Origin: Pseudomonadota bacterium
GTDB lineage: Bacteria > Desulfobacterota > Desulfobacteria > Desulfobacterales > JBDRRP01
Assembly: GCA_043825735.1 (NCBI GenBank)
Contig: JBDRRP010000053.1
Span: 1 to 63,429 of the forward strand
DNA length: 63,429 nucleotides
Reading direction: 5' to 3'
The notes beneath the pieces were generated by a model, which saw only the letters and a program-made list of their open reading frames with translations, was not told where the DNA came from and ran no database searches. Each line of letters begins with the position of its first letter. Position 1 is the stretch's first letter. Positions 38,394 through 48,141 of this stretch are shown here, piece after piece. The position numbers and the translations under genes were made by a program.

Positions 38394-40562
38394 ATGGGAC
38401 TGGAACATATTTTGAACGCACGATCTGTCGCTGTGGTGGGGGCTTCCAAGGTGCCCACCAAACGGGGCTATCAGACCATCCGCACCCTTTTGGACGAGGG
38501 CTACGAAGGCGCCATCTATCCGGTCAATCCCAAAGAAAAAAGCATCATGGGGCTGCGCTGCCATAGTGCGGTCGCTGATATCCCCGGAGAGGTGGACGTG
38601 GCGCTCATCGCCACCCCGGCGCGATCGATTCCCGGTGTTCTGGAAGACTGCGGGAAAAAGGGCGTTAAGGGTGCCGTCATTCTGGCAACGGGGTTCGGCG
38701 AGACCGGCGCCGCCGGGAAAAGCCTGGAGGGTCAGGTCATGGCAGTGGCCCGGCGACACCAGATCCGTCTCATCGGCCCCAATACTTCCGGTATGATGAA
38801 TCTGAAGGCCAACCTCAACCTCGTGGGGCTCAGGGATGCCCCCCGCGGCGACATCGCGCTGCTGACCCAGAGCGGCAACATGGCGCTGACCCTGATCACC
38901 GAGGCCAAGCTAAAGAGCCGCAAAGGGTTCAGCTACTACGTGGGGGTGGGAAACGAGGCGGACATCCGGTTTCACGAATACCTGGAGTTTTTCAGAGAGG
39001 ACCCGGACACGCGGGCCATCCTCATGTATGTCGAGGGGATGCGCGAGGGGCGGAAATTTCTTCAGCAGGCCCTTCTCACCACCTTGAAAAAGCCGGTGAT
39101 TCTCTTGAAAAGCGGTCGCTCAGACACCGGGAAAAAGTCGGCAGGATCCCACACCGGTGCCTTGGCCGGCATGTCTGTGGTGGCCAAGGGGGCCTTTCAA
39201 CGGGCCGGTATCATCGTTATTGAAAATTCGGACGAGCTTTTTCCGGCGGCAGAAACCCTGTCCAGCATGCCTCCCATCAAAAACAACCAGATCGCCATTT
39301 TAGCCGATGGCGGGGGGCATGCCACCATTGCGGCCGACGCGCTCACCGATCTGGGGGTGGCGATCCCCGAACTGGAAGAAAAAACGCAGCAACGGCTTCG
39401 GGCGATCCTTCCGGGCGGCGCTGCGGTGCGAAATCCCATCGACGTGGCCGGGGGCACCGATGACAACCCGGCGCTCTTTGCCGACTGCGCCCGCATCATT
39501 CTCAACGATCCTCATGTGGGGGGGCTGCTCATTGTGGGGCTCTTCGGCGGCTACGGCATCCGGTTTGCCGAGAGCCTGGCCATGATGGAAGAAGACGCCG
39601 CGCATCAGATGGGTAAAATGGTGCAGCGTCGCGGCAAGCCCATCGTCGTGCACAGCCTTTACAATTCGGAAAAGCCCCATAGTCTGGATCTGCTGCGCTA
39701 CTACGGCGTTCCCGTTTACGGCTCCCTGGACGTGGCCTGCAAGTGTATCGGTGTGCTGGCCGAATACGGGATCAGTCTCAGCAGCTACCACGCCAAGTCG
39801 AGTTTTGTCTTCAATTGGCGGGAAAAGGCCCGGCCCGAAGGTCAAAATATCATCGAAAATGCCTACCGGCAGGGGCGTAGCGCCCTGCTCGAGGCAGAGG
39901 CCAAACAACTGCTCAGACTGCACAAGGCGCCGGTCACCGGCGATATCCTGGCGAAGACACCGGACGAAGCCGCCGAAGCGGTTTCAAAGATAGGCCGCAA
40001 AGCGGTGTTGAAAATCGCTTCGCCGGACATTCTCCACAAAAGCGACGCCGATGGTGTCCGGCTCGACATCTCCACAAAGGAACAGGCGAGAAAGGCCTTC
40101 CGCGAGGTTGTGAAGAGTGCCAAGAAATACAAGGCCGATGCACGGATCGAGGGCGTGCTCATCTCTCCCATGGCCCAAAAAGGTGTCGAGGTCATTATCG
40201 GCACCAAGATCGACGATCAGTTCGGGCCGGTGATCATGTACGGCCTGGGTGGCGTCATGGTGGAGATTTTAAAGGATGTCGCCTTTCGCGTGCTGCCCAT
40301 CAAGCGCTGGTCCGCCCAGAAGATGATCGAGCAGACCAAGTCCTATCCGATTCTGGCAGGGGTGCGTGGCGACAAACCCTACGACAAGAAAGCTCTGGTC
40401 AATCTGCTGCTGTGCTGTTCCGAGATCATCGAAGCCTACCCCGAGATCCAGGAGATGGATCTCAACCCGGTCATCGTCCACCACACCGGCCTGGACATCG
40501 TCGATGCACGGATCCTTCTGAAACCGGCGGCTGAAAACGGCAGGGAAGTGCCGATGCCCTGA
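38394..40562 (+). CDS. ADP-forming acyl-CoA synthetase (acetate--CoA ligase family), second paralog
   Basis: VVGAS, GPNTSG, TQSG, GSHTG, HKSDADGV and MDLNP motifs; AGGAGG RBS. Confidence 0.9.
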   Translation: MGLEHILNARSVAVVGASKVPTKRGYQTIRTLLDEGYEGAIYPVNPKEKSIMGLRCHSAVADIPGEVDVALIATPARSIPGVLEDCGKKGVKGAVILATGFGETGAAGKSLEGQVMAVARRHQIRLIGPNTSGMMNLKANLNLVGLRDAPRGDIALLTQSGNMALTLITEAKLKSRKGFSYYVGVGNEADIRFHEYLEFFREDPDTRAILMYVEGMREGRKFLQQALLTTLKKPVILLKSGRSDTGKKSAGSHTGALAGMSVVAKGAFQRAGIIVIENSDELFPAAETLSSMPPIKNNQIAILADGGGHATIAADALTDLGVAIPELEEKTQQRLRAILPGGAAVRNPIDVAGGTDDNPALFADCARIILNDPHVGGLLIVGLFGGYGIRFAESLAMMEEDAAHQMGKMVQRRGKPIVVHSLYNSEKPHSLDLLRYYGVPVYGSLDVACKCIGVLAEYGISLSSYHAKSSFVFNWREKARPEGQNIIENAYRQGRSALLEAEAKQLLRLHKAPVTGDILAKTPDEAAEAVSKIGRKAVLKIASPDILHKSDADGVRLDISTKEQARKAFREVVKSAKKYKADARIEGVLISPMAQKGVEVIIGTKIDDQFGPVIMYGLGGVMVEILKDVAFRVLPIKRWSAQKMIEQTKSYPILAGVRGDKPYDKKALVNLLLCCSEIIEAYPEIQEMDLNPVIVHHTGLDIVDARILLKPAAENGREVPMP

Positions 40563-40859
40563 TTGATATTGAGTACAATGGCAAAAGAGGTTCAGGCTCG
40601 TGATGCACCCCTTCGGCTTGGGCTACCGTCAACCGTGCTCGGGTTCGATGGGCCCGGATCTCGTAAGCCCCGAGGCATTCCACCCCATCATCGAACTCAT
40701 CCCGGAAAGATCGACAGAACAATTCACCAAGTGCATCCGCTATAGTGCCGGTATCGCCTCGTCTATCGGTGAGGGTGGGCTTGGCGCGCGAAGCGCGCTG
40801 GATCAGATCGCGGTGCGAAAGCGGAACGCGGACGAACCGAATACAAGCAGCGAGGTGAT

Positions 40860-41333
40860 ATGCGAAGAAAAGACAAACAGGTCAGTGAACGCTTGGAGAT
40901 AGACGCCATTATCCGGGGGTGCCAGGTCTGCCATCTGGCGATGGCCGTGGACAATATTCCCTATGTGGTGCCCCTTTGCTTTGGCTATGACGGCACCAAT
41001 TTGTACGTCCACATGGCGGGCTCGGGGAAAAAAGTCGATTGCCTGAAGGCCAATCCCCGGGTCTGCTTTCAAATGGAACGCGGCGTGCGCCTGGTCTCGG
41101 AAGGCGCTGACCCGTGCAACTGGGGCTTTCATTTTGAAAGCGTCATCGGATCGGGCTTGGCCGAAGAACTGAACGGCGACGAAGACAAGGCCGGCGCGCT
41201 TGGCTGGATTGTCAAACAATATGCCGGAAAGGTCGTCGGTCCGGTGCCCCCGTCCGCCGGTCTTCGGGTCTGGCGCATTGCCATTGATGAGATCAGCGCA
41301 AAGCGCTCTCCGCCGGCGCCGGCAGCGCCGTAG
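40860..41333 (+). CDS. Pyridoxamine 5'-phosphate oxidase-like / NimA family flavin-binding protein
   Basis: MRRKDK, PYVVPL.FGY, G.K...L..NP.VCF and ESVIG.G motifs; GAGGTG RBS. Confidence 0.87.
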   Translation: MRRKDKQVSERLEIDAIIRGCQVCHLAMAVDNIPYVVPLCFGYDGTNLYVHMAGSGKKVDCLKANPRVCFQMERGVRLVSEGADPCNWGFHFESVIGSGLAEELNGDEDKAGALGWIVKQYAGKVVGPVPPSAGLRVWRIAIDEISAKRSPPAPAAP

Positions 41334-41380
41334 ACGGATGCCGGCGTGTGCGCGTCAGGTTGCGCTTTTCGCCCAAACGG

Positions 41381-42616
41381 TTACGGGTACACCGGGAACC
41401 GCCGGCACAGGTCCGCCACCTGGGATTTGACCTTCTCCTGCACTGCCGGATCTTCCGGTTGCGACAGGACCGCATCGATCATATCAGCGATCCGGACCAT
41501 TTCAGGCCGCCCCATGCCGCGGGTGGTGATGCCCGCGCTGCCCAGGCGAAGACCGGAGATAGCCCCCGGTGTCAGGGCATCGGCGGGGATCACATTGCGG
41601 TTCAGAACGATCCCGGCAGATTCCAGGGCTGTTTCGGCCGCGGCACCCGTCAGCCCCGTGGCGGTCAGGTCGACCAGCACCTGGTGGTTGTCAGTGCCGC
41701 CGGAGACGATACGGTAGCCCCTTTCTTCGAGTGCTTCGGCCAGAGAAACCGAATTCTCCAAGGTTTTCTTCTGAATATCGACAAACCAGGGCTCCCCGGC
41801 CAATTTGAAAATGAGGGCCTTGGCCGCGATCAGGTTCACGGCGCTGGTACCCTGGCACCCCGGGAATACGGCACTATTAAGGCGCTTACCAAATGTTTCC
41901 TTGGCCAGAATGACACCCCCACGGCCGCCCATCATGGTTTTGTAAGTCGTGAAAGTGACAAAATCGCAGCAGTCAACCGGGCTGGGGATCACCCTGGCGG
42001 CCACCAGTCCGGCCAGGTGCGCCATGTCGGTAAAGGCATAAGCGCCGACGTCTTTGGCGATGGCGGCGATCTTTTCGTAATCGATCAGTCGCGGGTAGGC
42101 GCTGGCCCCGGCGACGATCATCTTTGGCCGGACCCGCTCGGCCAGCACCCTGATTTCATCGTAATCGATGCGCTCGGTTTTCGGGTCCACGCGGTAATGA
42201 GTGAAATCGAAGCATTTGCTGGTGATGGACGCCCTGTCGCCGTGTGACAGGTGGCCGCCGTAGGGAAGGCCCATGGAAAGTATTTTGTCACCCACGGTGA
42301 GCACCGAAAAATAAACGGCCAGGTTGGCCGAGGTTCCGCTGTGGGGCTGTACATTGACGTACTGGGCGCCGAAAAGTGCTTTCCCGCGCCGGACGGCTAT
42401 GTTTTCGATTTCGTCGACAACGGCGCAGCCGGCGTGAAACCGTTTTCCGGGATATCCTTCGATGGTTTTGGTGTTGAGCACCGATCCGAGCGCTTCCATG
42501 ATCGAGCGGGGGCAGTGGCTTTCAGCAGCGATCAGATCCAGGGTGTTTTCAATGCGGGCCGCTTCTTTTTTTACCAGCGCAGCCAGCTGGGGGTCATCTT
42601 TTTCCAGAAATTGCAT
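41381..42616 (-). CDS. glyA: Serine hydroxymethyltransferase-family PLP enzyme with a non-canonical active site
   Basis: NVQPHSG, GGHLSHG, GASAY, DMAH, SGGTDNH and TTRG are conserved. LIAAES, KTIEGYPGKRFH and TTYKT deviate from canonical LIASEN, KYAEGYPGKRYY and TTHKT. The symbol indicates family only. Confidence 0.85.
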   Translation of the reverse strand: MQFLEKDDPQLAALVKKEAARIENTLDLIAAESHCPRSIMEALGSVLNTKTIEGYPGKRFHAGCAVVDEIENIAVRRGKALFGAQYVNVQPHSGTSANLAVYFSVLTVGDKILSMGLPYGGHLSHGDRASITSKCFDFTHYRVDPKTERIDYDEIRVLAERVRPKMIVAGASAYPRLIDYEKIAAIAKDVGAYAFTDMAHLAGLVAARVIPSPVDCCDFVTFTTYKTMMGGRGGVILAKETFGKRLNSAVFPGCQGTSAVNLIAAKALIFKLAGEPWFVDIQKKTLENSVSLAEALEERGYRIVSGGTDNHQVLVDLTATGLTGAAAETALESAGIVLNRNVIPADALTPGAISGLRLGSAGITTRGMGRPEMVRIADMIDAVLSQPEDPAVQEKVKSQVADLCRRFPVYP

Positions 42617-42655
42617 TCTGCTTCCTCCCAGGGGGCTATCCACACCCGCCACGGA

Positions 42656-43360
42656 TCATCCGCCCAGATACGCCTCGCGCACCCGGCTGTCTGAAATGAG
42701 TTGGGCGCCGGTGCCTTCCAGTACCACCGCGCCGACTTCCAGCACATAGGCGTAGCTGGCGATCTTGAGTGACGCGTAGGCGTTTTGCTCCACCAGCAGC
42801 ACGGTTTTGCCCTGCTTGTTGATCGTTTCGATGATCTCGAACACCTCTTTGACCAGCTTGGGAGCCAGGCCCAGGGAGGGCTCGTCGAGCATGATCAGAT
42901 CCGCGGCGCTCATCAGCGCCCGCCCCAGGGACAGCATCTGCTGCTCGCCGCCGGACAGTGTGCCGCCCTTTTGATCCTTACGCTCGCGCAATATGGGGAA
43001 AAGGTCAAATATCCACTGGATGTCCTTGGCGACGCCGGGCGGGTCATTGCGGCTGTAGGCCCCCAGCCTCAGGTTGTCCAGCACCGACAGGTGGGCGAAG
43101 ATTTTGCGGCCCTCCGGTGACATGCTGATACCCGATTTGACCACCGCCACCGGGCCCAGATGGGTGATGTCGTTGCCTTTATAGGTGATTTTGCCGGATT
43201 TGTCCTTTATCAGGCCGGAGATGGCTCTCAGCGTGCTGCTTTTGCCGGCGCCGTTGGCGCCGATCAGGGTGACGATCTTGCCCTGTGGAACGGTGATGGA
43301 CAAGCCCTTCAGGGCGTGGATGCCCTCATAGAAGATGTTGAGGTCCTGAATGCTAAGCAT
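42656..43360 (-). CDS. livF: Branched-chain amino acid-type ABC transporter ATP-binding protein
   Basis: GANGAGKS, PEGR, LSGGEQQM, DEPSLGLAP and VEQN motifs. Confidence 0.9.
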   Translation of the reverse strand: MLSIQDLNIFYEGIHALKGLSITVPQGKIVTLIGANGAGKSSTLRAISGLIKDKSGKITYKGNDITHLGPVAVVKSGISMSPEGRKIFAHLSVLDNLRLGAYSRNDPPGVAKDIQWIFDLFPILRERKDQKGGTLSGGEQQMLSLGRALMSAADLIMLDEPSLGLAPKLVKEVFEIIETINKQGKTVLLVEQNAYASLKIASYAYVLEVGAVVLEGTGAQLISDSRVREAYLGG

Positions 43361-44138
43361 ATTGAACCGCCTCCTCTCCGAGATAGGCCGCGATCACCTT
43401 GGGGTTGGATTTGATCTGATCCGGAGAGCCTTCGGCGATGGTCTCGCCATAATCGAGGACCCAGATGTGCTCGCAGATGCCCATGACCACCTTCATGTCA
43501 TGCTCGATCAGCAGGATGGTGAGCGAGAACTGGTCGCGGATCCGGCGGATAAAATCCATCAGTTTGCGCGTCTCATTGGGATTCATCCCGGCCGCCGGTT
43601 CGTCCAGCAGCAGAAAGGACGGGTCCGTGGCCAGGGCCCGTGCGATTTCCAGTCGGCGCTGAGCCCCGTATGGCAGGCTGGTGGATTTTTCATCGGCCAG
43701 CGCGCGCAGCCCCACCACTTCGAGCAGGCTCAGGGCTTTTTCCTTCAGCGCCTTTTCTTCGCGGATGCTGGCGGGCAGTCCGAAAAGGGCGTGCCACCAG
43801 GTGGTTTTCTGGCGCAGGTGACCGCCGATCATGACATTTTCCAGCACGGTTTCATTCTTGAAAAGGCGGATGTTCTGAAATGTGCGCGCGATGCCGCTCC
43901 TGCACACCCGGTGGGGGGGCTGCCCGGTGATGTCCTGCCCCTGGAAAATCACGCTCCCCTGGGTGGGCATATAAAAACCGGTGATCATGTTGAAGCAGGT
44001 GGTTTTTCCGGCGCCGTTGGGCCCGATCAGGCCGACAATGCTTCCCCGCGTAATCGCGGCGCTGAAATTGCCCACGGCGGTCAGGCCCCCGAAACGCATC
44101 GTCAGCGCTTTTGTTTCCAGAATCGTTTCCGGTGTCAT
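43353..44138 (-). CDS. livG: Branched-chain amino acid-type ABC transporter ATP-binding protein
   Basis: FGGLTAV, GPNGAGKTT, ARTFQNIRLF, LPYG and DEPAAG motifs; ATG 44138 overlaps the livM stop. Confidence 0.9.
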   Translation of the reverse strand: MTPETILETKALTMRFGGLTAVGNFSAAITRGSIVGLIGPNGAGKTTCFNMITGFYMPTQGSVIFQGQDITGQPPHRVCRSGIARTFQNIRLFKNETVLENVMIGGHLRQKTTWWHALFGLPASIREEKALKEKALSLLEVVGLRALADEKSTSLPYGAQRRLEIARALATDPSFLLLDEPAAGMNPNETRKLMDFIRRIRDQFSLTILLIEHDMKVVMGICEHIWVLDYGETIAEGSPDQIKSNPKVIAAYLGEEAVQYA

Positions 44139-45178
44139 TTTGCCGCACCTCGCTTGCCGAGCCGCCGGGCCAGTGCGTCCCAGGTGATCTCTCGTGTTCC
44201 CATCAGCCCCTCCCGGCGGAACAGGATGATAAACAGCAGCGCCAGGGAAAAGACCACCATGCGCATGCCCGGAACCCCTTCGATGTAAACATCGCCGATG
44301 CTGATCGGGTTTTCCACGAACCGAAGCCATTCCAGCAGGATCGTGATGCCGATGCCCGCCAGGACTGATCCGGTGATGGACCCCAGGCCGCCGGTCACCA
44401 CGATCATCAGAATGTTGAAGGTCAGAATGAACAGGAACATTTTTGGGTCGATGGTGGTCAGCAGGCTGCCCAGCAGGGCGCCGCCCACGCCGGCAAAAAA
44501 TGCGCCCATGGCAAAGGATATCAGCTTGTACTTGAAGACGTTGATGCCCATGGCCTTTGCCGCCGTTTCGTCGTCGCGGATCGCCTTTAAGGCGTTGCCG
44601 AAGTTGCTGTTGACGATGCGCATGACAAAATAGAGGGTCAGCAGGCACCACCCGAAATTCCACCAGATATTGGCGTAGTCCGGAATCCCCTTGAAGCCCA
44701 GGGCGCCGTTGGTCAGCCGGGGGATGTTGTTGGCGAACACGCGCACGATTTCGGCAAAGCCGAGGGTGGCGATGCCCAGGTAGTCGTCCCCCAGCCGCAA
44801 CAGCGGGATGCCCACCAGGATACCGGCCACGCCGGCTAAAATCCCGCCCAGCAGTACGGCCACGAAAAAGGGCGCCTGAGCGGCCTGGACCCATGGGTAG
44901 GGCGGGTCGAGGATGAACAGCATTTCCTTCTGGGCCGGGGTCATGATGAGAATGGAGCAGACATAGGCGCCGATGGCCATGAACCCGGCGTGACCGAGGC
45001 TGAACATGCCGGTGAACCCGTAAATCAGGTTCAGGCTCAGCGCCAGGATGATATTGATGGCGATCAGGTTGAGGATCTGGATTTTATAGCCGTCCAGGTG
45101 GCCTTTTGCCAGCCAGAGAAAGAGCCCCAGAACCGCCACCGCCACAAAATTGAGGATTACTTTCGTCTTGCGGTCCAT
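44135..45178 (-). CDS. livM: Branched-chain amino acid-type ABC transporter permease
   Basis: SLGHAGF, DYLGIATLGF, AIRDDE.AA..MG and GGLGS motifs. Confidence 0.88.
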   Translation of the reverse strand: MDRKTKVILNFVAVAVLGLFLWLAKGHLDGYKIQILNLIAINIILALSLNLIYGFTGMFSLGHAGFMAIGAYVCSILIMTPAQKEMLFILDPPYPWVQAAQAPFFVAVLLGGILAGVAGILVGIPLLRLGDDYLGIATLGFAEIVRVFANNIPRLTNGALGFKGIPDYANIWWNFGWCLLTLYFVMRIVNSNFGNALKAIRDDETAAKAMGINVFKYKLISFAMGAFFAGVGGALLGSLLTTIDPKMFLFILTFNILMIVVTGGLGSITGSVLAGIGITILLEWLRFVENPISIGDVYIEGVPGMRMVVFSLALLFIILFRREGLMGTREITWDALARRLGKRGAAK

Positions 45179-46071
45179 CACACCTTGTCCTCCAGTTTCG
45201 CGCCGAACAGCCCAGTGGGTTTGAACAGCAGGATGAAAATCAGCAGGAAAAAGGCAAAGGCATCCCTGTAACCGGCCAGGTCGGGGAAAAAGGCGACCAG
45301 CAGAATCTCGACAAATCCGAGTATCAGGCCGCCGATGACGGCCCCCTGGATCGAGCCGATGCCGCCGAACACCGCCGCGATGAAGGCCTTGAACCCCGGG
45401 ATGACGCCCATGACCGGCTGCAACTGTGGGTAGCGAAGCGCCCACATGATGCCCGAAGCCGCTGCCAGGGCGGACCCGATGCCGAAGGTCAGGGCGATGA
45501 CCCGGTTTACGTCGACCCCCATGATATAGCTCGTCTCGATGTCCTTGGAGATGGCCCGCATGCCCAGCCCCGGTTTTGTACGGTAGACGATATAGATCAG
45601 CCCGAGCATGAGCAGAAACGACAAGACGGGCACGAACAGGGTCAGCGGCAGGATGCGCACCTCACCCACCACGATGATCCGCTCCATCCATTCGGGCCGG
45701 TAAACCGCGCGCGGAATGGCGGAGAAAACGACGATGGCCAGGTTCTGCAGGAAAAAGGAAACACCGATGGAGCTGATCAGCGCCGAAATCCGCGGCGCGT
45801 CCCGCAAGGGGCGATAGGCGACCCGGTCGACGAAGACGCCGACGCTGGCCGTCACTGCGATGGCGCCCACAATCGCCAGGGGCCAGGGAAGGTGAAACAG
45901 GGTGACGGCCCAGAAGACGAAATAGGCCCCCAGCATGAATATCTCGCCGTGGGCGAAATTGATCAGCCGCAGGATGCCGTACACCATGGTGTACCCGATG
46001 GCGATCAGGGCGTAGAGGCTCCCAAGGGTCAATCCGTTCAGCGAGTGCTGTAGGAACATGGCAAAGCTCAT
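45178..46071 (-). CDS. livH: Branched-chain amino acid-type ABC transporter permease
   Basis: YALIAIGYTMVYG..INFAHG and KAFIAAVFGGIGS motifs. Confidence 0.9.
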   Translation of the reverse strand: MSFAMFLQHSLNGLTLGSLYALIAIGYTMVYGILRLINFAHGEIFMLGAYFVFWAVTLFHLPWPLAIVGAIAVTASVGVFVDRVAYRPLRDAPRISALISSIGVSFFLQNLAIVVFSAIPRAVYRPEWMERIIVVGEVRILPLTLFVPVLSFLLMLGLIYIVYRTKPGLGMRAISKDIETSYIMGVDVNRVIALTFGIGSALAAASGIMWALRYPQLQPVMGVIPGFKAFIAAVFGGIGSIQGAVIGGLILGFVEILLVAFFPDLAGYRDAFAFFLLIFILLFKPTGLFGAKLEDKV

Positions 46072-46104
46072 GAAGAGCTCCTATCGTGGGCCGGTCATGA
46101 TGAA

Positions 46105-46128
46105 GGGGGAAGCCCGGGGGCTTCCCCC
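46105..46128 (-). other. Strong intercistronic stem-loop after the binding-protein gene
   Basis: GGGGGAAGCC-loop-GGCTTCCCCC with no U tract; probable mRNA stabiliser. Confidence 0.55.
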
Positions 46129-46157
46129 GCGAAGCAACGGTCGAACCACTGCATTTT

Positions 46158-47291
46158 CTACAGTTCGGGAGTGATGCTGCCGATGTAGGTTTTCTTTCCG
46201 TCCTTGATAATGACCAGACCGACCGGTTTCTCGGCATCGTGGGTCGCGTTGATGGTGGTCGCCCCGGTGACGCCTTCAAAATCCTTGGTGGTGGCCAGCG
46301 CCTTGGTAATGGCTTCGCTGTCGGTCTTGCCGGCTCGTGTGATGGCATCCAGCAAGATCACGTAGGCGTCATATCCCAGGGCCGCGTTCACGTTGGGCTC
46401 CTTGCCAGGATACGCTTTGATCCAGTTGTCGGTGAATTTGCGGGCGACCGGGTTCATCTCCTTCATGGACGGGTCGTAGGGGAAGGTGGTGTGGATGAAG
46501 CCTTCGACGTCCTTGCCGCCGATTTCAACGATCTTGGGGTTGTCCATGGCATCGCCGCCCATGATCTTGAATTTTCCGCCCAGTTCGTTGACCTGCTTCA
46601 TGATGATGGCCCCTTCGGCAAAGTAGGAGGGGATGAACAGCAGGTCGGGTTTCTGGCTGATGATTTCGGTCAGCTGTGCGGTAAAATCCTGGTCACCGGA
46701 CTGGTACTTCAGGTTGGTGACCACCTTGCCGCCCATTTTTTCGAAGGACCGCGTGAAGAAACTGGCAAGACCCACGGAATAGTCATTGGCCACGTCCACC
46801 AGCAGGGCCGCTTTTTTCAGGCCCAGCGTTTTATAGGCGTAGGTGGCGGCGCCGGCGCCCTGGAAGGGATCGATGAAGCACACCCGGAAGACGTAATTTT
46901 TGCCCTGGGTCACCAGCGGGTTGGTGCAGGAGGTGCCGAGCATGGGAACCTTGGCCTTTTCGGCCACTTCGCCGCCGGCCATGGCCAGGGAGCTGCCATA
47001 GGTGCCGATGATGGCGTGGGCCTTTTCCTTGCTGATCAGCCGTTTCACGGCATTGGCCGATTCCACTTTATCGGATTTGTTGTCCACGATGAACAGCTCC
47101 ACCTTTTTGCCCAGAACCGTCGGGAACTCCTTGTGGGCCATCTGAAGGCCCTCGAGCTCGAGCTGGCCGCCATAGGCGTTTCCGCCGGTCAGGGGCAAAA
47201 AGACACCGATCCGGACGGTGTCGCCGGCCGCCATGGCAGTACCGCCGAAAGCGAACAACAGGATCAGACTGACTGCGATGAGCTTTCTCAT
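46158..47291 (-). CDS. Liv-family ABC transporter substrate-binding protein
   Basis: Signal peptide; IGVFLPLTG, TNP.VT, FRVCFIDPFQG and DFTAQL motifs. Confidence 0.92.
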   Translation of the reverse strand: MRKLIAVSLILLFAFGGTAMAAGDTVRIGVFLPLTGGNAYGGQLELEGLQMAHKEFPTVLGKKVELFIVDNKSDKVESANAVKRLISKEKAHAIIGTYGSSLAMAGGEVAEKAKVPMLGTSCTNPLVTQGKNYVFRVCFIDPFQGAGAATYAYKTLGLKKAALLVDVANDYSVGLASFFTRSFEKMGGKVVTNLKYQSGDQDFTAQLTEIISQKPDLLFIPSYFAEGAIIMKQVNELGGKFKIMGGDAMDNPKIVEIGGKDVEGFIHTTFPYDPSMKEMNPVARKFTDNWIKAYPGKEPNVNAALGYDAYVILLDAITRAGKTDSEAITKALATTKDFEGVTGATTINATHDAEKPVGLVIIKDGKKTYIGSITPEL

Positions 47292-47437
47292 TGTGACGCC
47301 TCCCTTGTTTCAGTTTTGAATAAAATGGGTGGCAGGGCGCCTTCGGGGTGGCGTGTCAGGGGGTGACCACCGGAAAGCGGGTTGCCTGCGCGCAGCGCAT
47401 CTCGATGTTCCGAGGGTCGGTGCGTCGGTGGATTTTG

Positions 47438-47453
47438 AGCAATTTCAGTGCCA
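47438..47453 (-). promoter_or_regulatory. Sigma54 (-24/-12) promoter of the liv-SHMT operon
   Basis: Minus strand TGGCAC-TGAAA-TTGCT, an exact match to TGGCAC-N5-TTGCW, about 150 nt upstream of the start codon. Confidence 0.75.
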
Positions 47454-47781
47454 TTGGCATGTGGGGGCAGGGTGATATCGGTTCAACCACTTGCAATCAT
47501 GGTTTAAAATGCGCACGGCCCGCGACGCTGGTGCGCCGTATCGGGCCGCTCAGGAGCGCTGCATGCCTCGGTTGGGGTCACCGCGCCCGGAAGGACCGAT
47601 GAGTCGCGTTTACAGGGGGTAAAAAAACCTGACACTCTCGTAAAGGCTGTGGTGAAATCGCTTTTGCAAAAACGGAAGGGTCACCCACAAATTGACAAAA
47701 TTAAAATGATTGGAAATTTGAACGCATCGGTTTGAAAAGCGTAAAGCTTGTCAATGTAAAGATCTGCCCCTCTTGTCTTTA

Positions 47782-47848
47782 AAAGCCATATATAAAGCCA
47801 TATGAAAATATTGACAAAAATATTTTCGCGCCGTATCATCAACCCAAA
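47782..47848 (+). promoter_or_regulatory. Sigma70 promoter and direct-repeat operator of the TA operon
   Basis: AAAGCCATAT twice (47782, 47794); TTGACA(47811)-17 bp-TATCAT(47834); ATG at 47848. Confidence 0.65.
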
Positions 47849-48141
47849 TGAAAAAGCGATCTGATTTCGAGTGGGATTCCGCTAAAGATTTGATAAACCA
47901 GCAAAAACACGGTGTCTCATTTGCTTTTGCGCAGCTTGCGTTCTTTGATCACCAGCGTATTATCCTCGAAGATCTGGAGCACAGCGAGGATGAAAACCGA
48001 TATTACTGCCTTGGTAGGGTCGCGGATGGAATCCTGACTGTGAGATTCACCCATCGAAAAGGCAAAATCAGAATCATTGGCGCCGGGTATTGGCGTAAAG
48101 GGAAAACGATATATGAAAGGGAAAATAAAATACAAGGATGA
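47848..48141 (+). CDS. brnT: BrnT family toxin
   Basis: FEWD..K...N..KHGVSF, E.RY..LG and T.R...IRII motifs. Confidence 0.9.
   Translation: MKKRSDFEWDSAKDLINQQKHGVSFAFAQLAFFDHQRIILEDLEHSEDENRYYCLGRVADGILTVRFTHRKGKIRIIGAGYWRKGKTIYERENKIQG

Noticed and set aside
40563..40859. Possible ncRNA or small ORF bounded by GATGCAC/GTGCATC
   Set aside because: Only a 7-bp inverted match, with no family motif or convincing ORF.
43353..45445. N-terminal extensions of livG (to 44894) and livM (to 45445) in the ORF track
   Set aside because: They overlap upstream genes out of frame; internal ATGs coupled to the upstream stops fit better.
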